Shown piece by piece: positions 41,625 to 53,600 of a DNA stretch of 64,000 nucleotides. Each line of letters begins with the position of its first letter. The first letter of the stretch is position 1. The notes beneath the pieces were generated by a model. That model saw nothing but the letters and a program-made list of their open reading frames with translations, searched no databases and was not told where the DNA came from. The stretch is from assembly GCA_039621445.1 (NCBI GenBank), contig CP154954.1, positions 12,208,716-12,272,715 on the forward strand. Reading direction: 5' to 3'. Both the position numbers and the translations under genes were made by a program. The stretch is from Euglena gracilis (lineage: Eukaryota).

Positions 41625-44600
41625 CATGCACCATTCATACAAACTCACACAGAAGAAAGATAGAGAAATAGAGCATGTGACTGCATCTGTGACTTGGGGC
41701 CAGGCTGAATTTTAAGGCGGTGCCGACCCCGCCCCGGGGGGGGGGGGGGGGGCCTGCCTGGGCAGGTACCAGGTACTCCAAGGCACCCAGTTCCCCTCGG
41801 GGGGGGGGGGGGGCAGAACACATGGGCACTGGGCACTTGGCCAAGGCACTGCCGGCGAAGGCGCCAAAGCCCAGAAAAAGCCATTTTTGTGCATTTTTTG
41901 GCCCATGAACAAGCAGGCACCCCCCCCTCCCAGGGGTTGCCTGCCTGCCCAGGCACTCCGAGGCTCTCCGAGACCCCCTCCCTCCCCCGGGGTTGGTCAA
42001 TTTCAACCTGCTCAGGGTGCAAATCGTTTCAAGCTGGTTTCCATTTGTTCCTAGGGAAAATTTTATTTTTTTGCAGATTCCCAAGCGGTTTACTTCACAC
42101 TTAGCTCACAAAAGTGGACTTTGCCTTACACAATCGCGCAATACAAGGCCCATTCCGGGATTTTAGCCTTTTTGGGGTCGTTTTGGGGTCCCTTTTTTGG
42201 GTGAAAACACGTGCCTCAAAACCCGCAAAACCGGACATCGAGCGCGAAGGGAATTCGAAGGTTCCAATCCAAATCGTGAGAACAGCGTTGCACAGTTCTG
42301 AAAGCACAGCCTGTCACTCCATGTACTTTGTGATCTCACACATTCCACCACCTGGGAGCCGATCGACATGTTCACACCTCCGAGGGTATCCACCTGGTGA
42401 TGGCGGCTGCCAGAATGCCCGCTTTTTGGGGCCGAAATGATGAGTTCGGGGGTGTCCGTAATTCTAACGCCCTTCCGCCGCCTATTGGAAGGCTCTAATT
42501 TGCAGAGCAAATCAAGCGCATACAACCCCCGGCCAAAAAAAACAACCGAATGAAGGGCTCCGCGAACCCCCAAAATTCCTCTGGGGGTGGGTCCTTACCC
42601 ACAGAATCTATGCACAGAGTCAGGTGGCACTTTTCCACATGCCCAAACTTACTTTTTTGAACCCAGAGGTTCACCCACCACCCAGACACCTCCCACCAAC
42701 TCTCAAAACCCATGCACCCCCACTGGCAGCTGCGGTCACAACAGGATGAAGTGAAATGAATCCACGACAGAGAGATAGAGAGGGGAGGGATCGAGGCTGC
42801 TGTGGTTGCGCAAGTGAGTTTTTAATTTGCTCAATTGCGCAAGCAATTGAAATTTGCACCCTTTTGCGCAGTTGCGCACGGGACTCTTTAACTTTTGCTT
42901 GCGCAATTGCAAGTGGTGCAGTTGGCTCACTGGTACCTTCCATTGACTTGCCTTTTTGCTTATCAGAAATGGATGCACAAATAGGGTGTCGTCTGCCATG
43001 TTCCCATGAAATGTATTTTCAACCCTGTTACAGACCTTTCCATCAGCCGTTGGACAGGTGTGATTTCGATGGTATACAGCCTGATGAAAAAGGAGTCTTC
43101 GTAACCCCTTCGTTGGACGCCTCATTTACATGCCTTAAAATGCATCTGAAAATAGCACTTGTTCCAGTGTGTGAACTCAGACCCCAACTACGTCCCATTA
43201 ATGGCCGAGGATTCAAGCCTTTTTGGGTTGGTGAAAAATACATCCGAAGGCATATGGGAACACTAAACATGTACACGTGCACATGCGCACAGTCGAACAC
43301 AAACCGCCAGTCAACGACGCAAGCAGAGCCTGGCAAACCGGCTCATGCAGTCAGGGACACCCCCCGGGCCGCTTGTCCAGCCGGATCGCCTCCCCGCGGC
43401 GGGAGGTGTGGTGGTCCGTGGGGGCGAGGGTCTGCTTGAAGGCCCGCGTCACGGACGCCTCCGGCTTGGGGGCTCGGCCGGAGCGATCCATATGTGGAGG
43501 AGGAGAGCCTGTGGGGAGGAGGGGATCAATTGCCCTGAAACACCCCCCCAAAGAGGACCTCCTGCCCACTCAAAAACGCCGATGGGATGAATTCGAGCCC
43601 CCTGGGGGTTGGGTCGGCAACGCCTTAAACCTCAACCAGACTCCCACCATCAAGGATTGGGCCCCCGAAAAACGCCTCCTGCTCGCTCCCAGAATCAATC
43701 CAACTTCAGGGATGGAAATCATCAAAATGCAGGCTTTTGGGGTGGAGGATACTGAAGGACTACATTTTAACCATCAATCCGAGAAATGTTGCTTTCTTGT
43801 GCTGCCCAAGAAATGTCACCGGTTGTCACCAGTCACCCAGAAACAGGAAAGCAAAAATGGGACAGACAAAGAAATTGTTCTCAAAAATGGAGTATGGTAC
43901 CAGGGCCTCAGAAAAGGGCATGTCAATGGTAACGGCCAAAAATGTCACATTTGCCAACATTCCAATATTTACAACTCTTGAATATTTATTTCCAGTCTGA
44001 TTGGAAATTGATCAAATTACTTTTCACTTCCGATGGGGTCGACCCTCCTCGGGATCTGGAAAAGGCACCTGGTATCACGATCTGAATACAAGGCTGCATG
44101 AGGTTTCCTGTGAAATGAATTGCAGGAGGAAGCTTTTGGTCGCCAGACATTTGCTTTGATTCCCAGTCATCGTGGGCCTATTTCAAACAAATTGAAACCT
44201 CCCCCACCACCTCATGCCAATAATTTGAGCAAAAGAAAAGCAAATTTTCATTTCTTCAATACAAATCAAAGTCCAATTCAAAGAAACTTTTATTTTAATA
44301 AATTTTCTTTGAGAAAAGGGGTGAGATGGTGAGTAGATATGTGTCAAAGGGGGGGTGACTGTACAGCTGGTTTGGGAGGCCAGAGATGACATTGAGTCTT
44401 GTCACTAATAAATACAAGTGCGGCATGTCACACGAAAGCAGGCCACCTTGGAGGTCAGCATCACACATCAAGAGTGCCTTTTTGAACAAGCAAAAAAAGC
44501 ATTCCTCAAGAAAACAGCAATTGGAAATAAGAAAACCTCAAAAACTCGACAAAAGAGCAGGTGGGGGGTCTTGATCCCTCAAGGAGAGGGGAGGAGGGGT

Positions 44601-47600
44601 GGACAAAATGAACTATTTCTGCTTGGCACGCAGCAGCACTGAGCCGATAATAATCAAAATCAATCAAAAATGTTATGTTAGGCACTTTTTGGGCAAAATA
44701 TGTTAAAATTGCTGGAAAAAAATTGACACGAAGCGCCGGAGGGGGTCCCGGGTCCTCCCCCAGAGTCGGTACACACCCCTGTTGGCAGGTGGGCGGGGGA
44801 GGTGCACTCCACCTTTTTTAAAAAAAAAGCCACACCGACCTCCTTATACCAATCCCTGGTCCGATCCCACCCCTGGTGGGTGCCTCCCCCCTTGTCCAAT
44901 GACCAACAATGTTCATCTCCGACCAGCGGGTGGGGGGGTAATCAAAACAGGCAATGTTCGTCTCCAACCGGGGGGGGGGGGGTTAGACAAGGGGGTAAAT
45001 GGTCATTTTGGCTGTTTGTTGCCATTTTTGGGCCATTTTGGCTCTGCAGTGGCTGTTTCTGGCCATTTCGACCATTTTGGCCATATTTTTTAACCAATTT
45101 TAGCAACTTTCCACCGTTTGTCACAGTCTCGCACACTTACATCAATTTGAGGATTTGGGTAACTTGTAGCCATTTTGGGACCTACTGACCTTCCTTCTAT
45201 TTTGGGGGGCACTTTCAACCATTTTATGGTAAAATGATCATCCCAACAAACTACAACAACAAACTTTCTCCAGAACTTGCAATGAAAAAAAAACTAAATT
45301 GAATCATACAATTCTTTCAAAATAATTTTATGTAATAAATGAACCTACATCCTATACAAAAAGGTCGCATCTGACCGGGGGTGGTCACTGGACAAGCCTG
45401 GTCGTTGGACAAGGGGGGTGGGAGGTTGGCCACACCCTGGGAGCTACATTTTATTCTGCAACACGACCACACGAAACAGAACAAGAGAGAAACCCTCGGT
45501 TAAAACAAAACCAATCACCTGCCTCAGAAAAAAAAGATGGGAAGAGATGGCCGGGAGGTCGAACCCAGAATCGGAAGAATCAGAATAGCGTTCGCTGATG
45601 GAGGACCGGTCCGACGATACTGCGGCAGTTGTGATCTCTGGTACGGTTGGCTTCTCCTGCACTTGCATCTGCAGCTACAAACACAACATATGGAGGGATC
45701 AAAAATGAACTTCATTAAAGGAAAATAATCCAAAGAAAATCAATTTTTATAAAAAAACGTTTCTTGTGTGACAACGAAATGTGAAACATTTCAGCTTTTG
45801 TAGAGTGACCCATTCAAAGAGTGATTATTTCGTTCCTTTTACTTTAGAAGAGAGGAAACACCCTGCTAAAATATGTTATTTGGTACTGCACTCATAAAAA
45901 ATTTATATATACACACACGTATGTATATATATATGTATATATATACACATATATAGTCTATGGTTATATATATATATATATGTATATACATATATAGTCT
46001 GTGGTTAGAATGCCGGAATCAAACATCATCTCAATGAGACCTGGTCTGACCTCATACCAGTGAGCATGGTGCTTGTGAGCTGGTTCTGGCAGATTTATCC
46101 CCCTTTTACTGGCAAACTAGGCACCCCAAAAACAAAACAATTGGGGAAGGTCCTTTTTCCACCATCAGTTGAAGATTGGAGTCAAAAATTGAATGGAAAA
46201 CAAGTGAATTTGGTTTCATTTTGGGGGAAACTGGGTGGTTCCCATCGTGTCTTTGTTTCGCATTATTTTTGTCCAGACTGTGATCACAGAACATATTTGA
46301 CAATTTTTGTCAAATATGTCAGTAACACAATAGAACAATTACATATACATCAACATAATGATGCATATAGGATTTTAACATGTGTATGTTGTATATATTG
46401 CAACAAAGCCCTTGTATTTCCAAAGTTCCTTTTGCACAGAAAAAGTGAAATAGAAAACAAAAATCATCAAGTGCCCCTTGCCAATCATTTCTTCCATCAT
46501 TCCCCCCCCCCACCTTTTCCACCCATGCCCTTTTGGAGGAGCCACATTCAGGGGCAGTCAAATTTCACACACAAAAAAGATGGGGGTATGGTATATGGTC
46601 AAATTTGGGGTCTGTTCGAAGAAAATCACAAAAGAACACCCCAGAAGACACCATTTTTGGAGCTTGTTCACACTCAGAAGACCACCAGTTTGAAACTTTG
46701 AACTCCCTTTTACCAAAAAAAAAATCATCACCAGTGGAAAAACTACCGCCGTTTTCCATGACAAATTTATTTTTGCCATCATTAATTTTCCCAAATTAAA
46801 AAATTCCCATCATTTTTCCATCATTTTTGTTTCTCGTCATTTGTGTCCGGACTGTAAACATGAAACTGTGTGGACAAAACACAAAAAGAGAAAGGTGGTA
46901 AAAAACTATAGGGAGGAAATTTGGTTGGCAGGGAGGTAGGAAAATGCACATAAAGACATAAATTTAATACAAATCTGACATTCACTTGAAAAACACTGTT
47001 CGGTTACTCTGCACGATTTCCACCTGCTTGTGCATCATGTGTGCTCCACTTTTGCTTTTTGCATGATTGTGGTTTTGTGGCTCTCACAAATCGCCATTAA
47101 AAATCTCTTTTGAAGAAATGCTTGCATCCCTTTTGCCCCTTAAAACACCTGTAACCAAAAAAATGCAAAGAAAATCCCTGGAAGATTGGTACACTCCGTC
47201 GTTCTCCCCCCCCCCTTGTCCAACGACCACCAATGTTCGTCTCCAACCGGGCGGTCGCTCAAATAGCCAATGTTCATCTCCGACCCGGGGGGGGTCGTTA
47301 GGCAAGGGGGTATGGACCCCAGATCGACGGAAAACTGACAATACATGGGAGGAATGAACATTTTTGGCTGTTTTTGCTATTTTTTGGCCACTTTTGACCA
47401 TTTTTTGGCCATTTTAGAACACTTTTGGCCACTTTTAAGTGTCTTTGGCCACCTTTGGCCATTTTGGGCCACTTTTTTATCATTTTTGGCCACCTGAGGG
47501 TTGCTATGTAAAGTCCCGCTCATTGCCATGCGAGGTTTGAGCACAGCTGTATGAGACACATGCAAGAAACTACCTTCAGAAAAAATGACCACCCGAAAAA

Positions 47601-50600
47601 CTGTGGAACGATGCCACGTCAAAGAAAGTGGAGCGGAGTGTAAACTGCCCCTACAATTTAAGTGCTCAGCGTCTGAAGGGTACCACACCCTGAGCAGGGG
47701 TTTTCTTAAGGACCCCCCCCCCCTGGGGGTGGTCCAGCCTCCGGCTGGCAAAAAGGCTGCTGGCTGGAAACGAGCTGCTGGATGGACCCCCCAGGGAGAT
47801 AGGGGGGGGGGGTCCGGGGCTGGAGGGGGCTGCTGGGCTTGGTCGATGAAAAAAAAATTTCTAACACATTTTTGCCTTCTCGACATTTTGATGGATGGAG
47901 CTAGATCAAGGCTGGGGGGCTGTGATAGAGGACGCTGTGATGAGAAAAAAAATGCAGGGATAGGTGAGCTGGGCAGCCCAGTTGGTTGGCCAGCCTGCGG
48001 CCGGCCGGCTGACCCAGCCTTCGGCTGGCTGGCCCGGCCTCCGGCCGGGCTGGACCCAACTTTATTTCACTTGACCCTCCTGAATTTGGGCTGCTGGCTG
48101 GATTTGAGCTGCTGGCTGGCTGGACCCCCCCGGTGGGTAGGGTCCCCTCCGGCTGACCCTGAAACCCCTGACCCTGAGCCTCCAAAAATGAAATCCAAAA
48201 AAGCGAACACACCTGAGTGTCCGAAACCACTCTCCAAAATTGTGACCATCCGTGTGTCTTAAATGGAAAGGGGAAGTTGGGAAGCCTTGAGGGTTCGGAC
48301 CCCCCCTCGAAACTGAGGGGGCCCGAAAATTTTTTCGGTTTTATGCAAGGGCAGGAAATCGACCAAAATTGTTCAAAAATCATTGATTTTTATTTGAATA
48401 TTAACCCAAAAATGCAGATTTTTTGAAATTCTTTGAACATTTTATCTGGAAAACACCAAAACATCAAAAGATGGGCAATATGCTCAAAGTTAAAGGAAAG
48501 GGGGCATTTTTGGTTCATTTTCTGGCGCGCAGCGCCGGAGGAAAAAATTCTCTATTTTTGGAACCTGCTGAGGAGGGGATGGGGGTCCGGACCCCCCTTA
48601 CAACATCTAGGGGAGGAGGGTCCAGGGCAGAACGGGAAGGCCTGGTGGGGGGGTCGACCCACCCCCACCCACCACAGCATTTCCACCAACTTTGAACTTT
48701 GGGAAAACGGGGATTTTGGCTGGGGGAAAATTTTTGAAATTATTTTGAAAAATGAATCTAAAATACATGATTTTTTGATGCAAAACCACATTTTTTCACA
48801 AAAAAAAACTCCGGATTTTCAGGTTTAAAAATTGGTAGTTTTTAGGAGGGGGGCAAAAAAAATGCAGGTCAAAAAAATGGACCAAATTTTGGCACAGTAA
48901 TTCACTGACATTTTTTCTCTTGGAAATTTTTTGCATTTCCAATAGCATTTTTTGCTTCAAAACCTCTCAAATCAAAATTTTGAGAAAATGTTAAAATTTT
49001 GGAAGGTGTGAAAAAAAAATGGGGTTTTTAGGGTTTTTGGGGGGACCTCCCATATGGGTCCCAAAATGGGTCCAAAATACACTCAGTGCCGAAGGCACCA
49101 AAAAAAATATTGGGGTCCAAAAATTGGTGCTCCCGGAAATACGGGAAGTGGTGGGGGGGTTCGACCCCCCCCACCACCCACCACGCTGGCTGTTTGGCCG
49201 ATTCCTGTTCTGCCCTGGGGTGGTCTGGACCCCCCTGCCATCTATCGCTGGGGTCGGCGGGCACACCCGCTGCTTCGCGAGGTAGCGGCGGTACTTCGCG
49301 GGGGGCATCCACTCGTGCGCCACGAACACGTCACCCGCCTGGAGCTGGGCCATGGCGGCCCGCGCCGTGGTGGAGGAGTGCGAGAACTGCCGCCGGCAGG
49401 GGCCGCCGCGTGAACCCCAAGAATCCCAAGAATCCCAAGAACCCAAGAATCCCAAGAATCCCAAGAATCCCAAGAATTCCAAGAATCCCAAGAATCCCAA
49501 GAATCCCAAGAATCCCAAGAATCAATTCATTCAAGAATCAAGAATTGCTGGGGTGGAAGCGACCTCACTCCCCAGCAGGGCATGAAGTGAGAGGGGGGGA
49601 GGGGGGAGGGGGCTGGTCCAGGACGCCCCTCCCCCCTTGCGTCAAAAAAAAACCGACGCAAAGCACTGGAAAAAAATTTGATGGGCTTCAAACAGTGCGC
49701 AAAATTATCCCCCAAACCGGCTATCACACAATGCACAGAAGCAGCAAGGGGGTATGGGGAGGACAAAGATAGAGCAAAAAAGGCCGGTTGGGGGGGGACT
49801 TTGCTTATGGTGTATTGGATTACAGCCGTCGCAAGGCGTCCTCCATGTAGATGGCGCATTTGAAGGGTGGAGGAAAGGTAGTACACTGGATGGAAAGGGG
49901 GGAAATGCTGAATAAACAGCTTGATCTCCCATTAGATCATTTTGTCTCCCGTCATTTTTTCCCACTCAGAACTCTGCCTACAAATTTGCAGTACCTCCTC
50001 CCTGGACTGCAGCTTATCCAAAATCGGCCAATCGCTGTCCAATTGGAAAATGGGTCAAACTACAGTGGCGTGATCAGAAATGCAATCACAGGCACGGTCG
50101 CCACACACTACACATTTGAGTGTGGTTTGACCATCACACTCACACGGAAACAAAACCTCAGGTGCACATTGTGTCTGACGTGCTGCACCCGAGGCTTTGT
50201 CCTTGATCCTATTAGCGGAGGGGACACGGCTTTAGAAAATCTCTGAAGCTCAAAGTTCAAATATAATATTTTTCCCATGATTTTTCTTCCTGTAATTCTT
50301 CCCATAATGATTGTCTCTGACGTTTATCTGCACTGTATCAGTGTAGGGGTGACAAATTAGCCACCACCATGCCCACTCAATTTTCCCGGAAAATGGCCAA
50401 AAAGTTGGGAAAATGCTAAAATAGCCCCTTTTTCAAAAATTCTCGGCGCTTTCCGAAAAGTATACCCCCCCCCCCTGTGCGGACCCCCCAGGGGGGAGGC
50501 TCGGCCATGCACCCACCCTACCCCCCTCTCCCCCCAGGGGTCCAAGACTAAAAGAAAAACCCCTGTCCTCCACAGACACCACCACGGTGATGTGAGGTGG

Positions 50601-53600
50601 TCTGCGGTGCCACAGCCGGGGTCGGAGAGTGCCGCCCATGCGTGTTGAGGGCTCTGCTTTCGCCCATAGCATTTCTGGTTCAGACCAGAGATGTTTTTTT
50701 TTGAAACCTCTGCTTGCCATCCCTTGCCGAGGGAGGGGGTGGCACCTGGACCCCGGGGTATGAATGCAAATGTTATTTGTCAGAAATTTCCATGTTTTTA
50801 TAAAAATTAATATCTGACATTATATATTATTAATATTATATATAATATAAAAATTTCCATCCATATGTTTCTGGAGACAGAATTTTGGCCACAAAACGAG
50901 TTGCGGGTGCAATTTTTGAAACGTGCAATTTGCTATTTCCCGTCCATTCCTTCCATTGTTTAATCCAATCATGATTTGAGGTTAGGAAAGTGTTTTTCCA
51001 GTCGTTGCGGCGTTTTTTTTTTCGCCGACGTTGCCGATACAATCACCCTGCCCATAGCTTTTTGGCCCAAGAAGCCAAAAAAGAAAAACGTTTGGTTCAC
51101 TTTGGGTAAATGTTGTGCCCCTTTCGCTCAGCCAAATATCGGTTGCTGCGTTGGGCGAACTGTCCACATACCGGTGGGAAACTGCCTTTTCCGACTCTCC
51201 TCATCCCAAAAAGTCCCCACAATCCCCCCTGTAACCCACAGAATATCTAACCCCGAGGCTTTGGGAGGCCTAAACAGCTGAGGTCTGTCATCATCCAACA
51301 GAGTGCGCCAACAAATGAATTGGCCCACAGAAAGTGCTGGGGGAAGAGGGGTCAGCCCCTGGCTGTTCGTCTTCATCGTTGCGCTGCCGCTTCCCGTTGT
51401 TACCGCCTTCGCCCTTCGTCTGCTTTGTGAGTTGGATGTGGCCTCAGGCTCTGCCAGCAGTTCAGCAAGCGAACGAAATCCTGCTTGCCGTGTTTATTAT
51501 GGTTTGCAAGAGTCAACGTCAACTCCCCGGCCAAAAACGACAAATCAACTGCACAGGCCCCCCAGCATCAAAACAGTGGCATGGCCAAAATGACCAAATG
51601 CACCCATTCTACGCTATCGGTGAAGAGATTTAGGGCGTTTTGGGGCATTGGACAGAAGGTTATCAAATGAAAATTGCTGCAACAGAGCCAAAGAGAGAGA
51701 GGATAAAAAATTGAGAGACGAGAAAAAAATCACTTCCAGGGAGCGAAATGACCTGGTGTGGCTGGAGGGATGGGATACAGCATCCGAGGACGAGCCTGAG
51801 CAGCCCTTCCAGCCGTTGAGGAGGCTGCGGAATGGGGACAGAGAGACGCGGGCAGGCAGGCGCTATGGCATGGCACTGTGCTCCTTTTGCTTTGGTGGCG
51901 GTTGGCTGGTTGGTGGAAACCAGCTATCTGCGCTGCAGGAAGGAATGGCGGGTTGTTTGCTGCGCTTGAGTGCAGCGCTGGTAAAAACAAAATTTTCCTT
52001 TGGGGGTTTCGGGATGGGGTTACAAAAAAGAGTAGAGTCAGGCTGCTTTTTCTTCTGTTCACCAACCCTGGGGGGAGGGAGGAACTTTGTGCTATTTGGT
52101 GCCTGCCCATAGCAGGCACCCCCCCCAGTGCCTGCTAAACCCCCCCAAATAATACCCCCCCCCCAATAATACCCCCCAAATAGAGGGGGGGGGGTATTCA
52201 ACCAACCCAATTTTCCCTTGAAAATGGCCATTTTTGGACTCCCGACGCCGAAAGCACACTTCGCTGTTGCGGGGGGGGGGGCTAGCCCAGCATCGAAAAA
52301 AGGAGCAAAAGCACAAAAAGACGCACATTTTTCGGGGAAAAAAATGTGCAAAAATAGTCAAATTTGAGAGAAAATGTGCAAAAATCACGAAAATGCAAAA
52401 TTTGCCCAAACACCTGCAAAAAAAGGCACCAAATTTACAATAATTGTGTGGAATTATGCGGTTTTTGAAAAAAAATTCAAAAAATTGCAAAAATTTACAA
52501 AAAATGGTTAAAAAATGCGGAAAAAAAAAGTGAAAACAACAAAAAAAAAAAAAAAGCACCAAAAAGCAAAAAATGTGCTGAAAAAAAGCGAAAAAAAACA
52601 CGCAAAAATGCGAAACGCATTCCCCCCCTTGCACCGCCCAGGCCTGAAACCTGACCCCAGGCCTGCCTGAGGTGTGTTCTCTAAAAAGACTAAAAAAAAG
52701 AAGATGCTTAACAATTAAAAAAAAAACAGGGATAAGAAGAAGATAAGAAGTAGGTGGGCAAAGGGGCCAGCAATTTTGGGGCAGCGAAGGAGAGGAGCGA
52801 CACAGTGGCAGCGCAAGGAGGGGTGACAATTGCTGGGGCGACATAGCAATCATCTCGAGTATTTTCTTGTTTCATTTTTTTTGGATCATTACATTCTTGG
52901 GGTTTTTTTGGTAATGGGTCTGGTCAAAGGTTAACCAACGTTGAAAACAACAATATCTCAAAACTCCTTTTTTCGCACTGCTGTTCCTCATGAACAGCAT
53001 GAGGAGGTGACAAAACGGCTTGCACAAGACAGCAAGAGGGAGGTACCCATTGCCCGAGGGGGGGGGGGGCAACTATTGTGCGGACAATAGGCTAAGGAAG
53101 TTTTTGGATCTTCTTCTGAAATTGCAATACTGGTTGCTGGTGTTTTCATCAACACAAACTGACCTGGGATCGCCAGCCAGCTCCGACAGATACTTCCCCT
53201 CCAGTTTATGGATCTGCTCCTCCAGCAGCAAGAGTTGTGCCCGATGTCGTTGGCCTTCTGGGTCACCAGCAAGCAGCTGATATGGTCAAGTGATTCCTCA
53301 TGCACTTCTATGGATGCACTCCTGACCATTGAACCCCCCACACACAGACCCCCCCAATAAAAATGCTACAACAATAAAGCCCAGGGGGGCCACCGGCAAC
53401 GCTTGGCCGCGATAAGCCATTTCTGCCCGCCTGAAAATATCCCCAAATTTGTCTGATTTCTCAAATTCAGTACCAAAAAAATCTCGTACAATTTGTGAGT
53501 AAACCAGGTTTTGAATAGTGCTGAGCTCTTAAGATGCGCGCAAACGCGCATTTTTGATGCCCTATATGAACTGGCTCCCTGGATAGACCCTCCAGGAAAG

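Noticed and set aside
49416-49523. Possible CRISPR array or GFL/PKN peptide repeat
   Set aside because: Contiguous 9-mers without spacers, in a eukaryotic intron
51648-52112. Plus-strand ORF with [11 protein letters not shown]
   Set aside because: Antisense shadow of a minus exon that joins in phase with its neighbour
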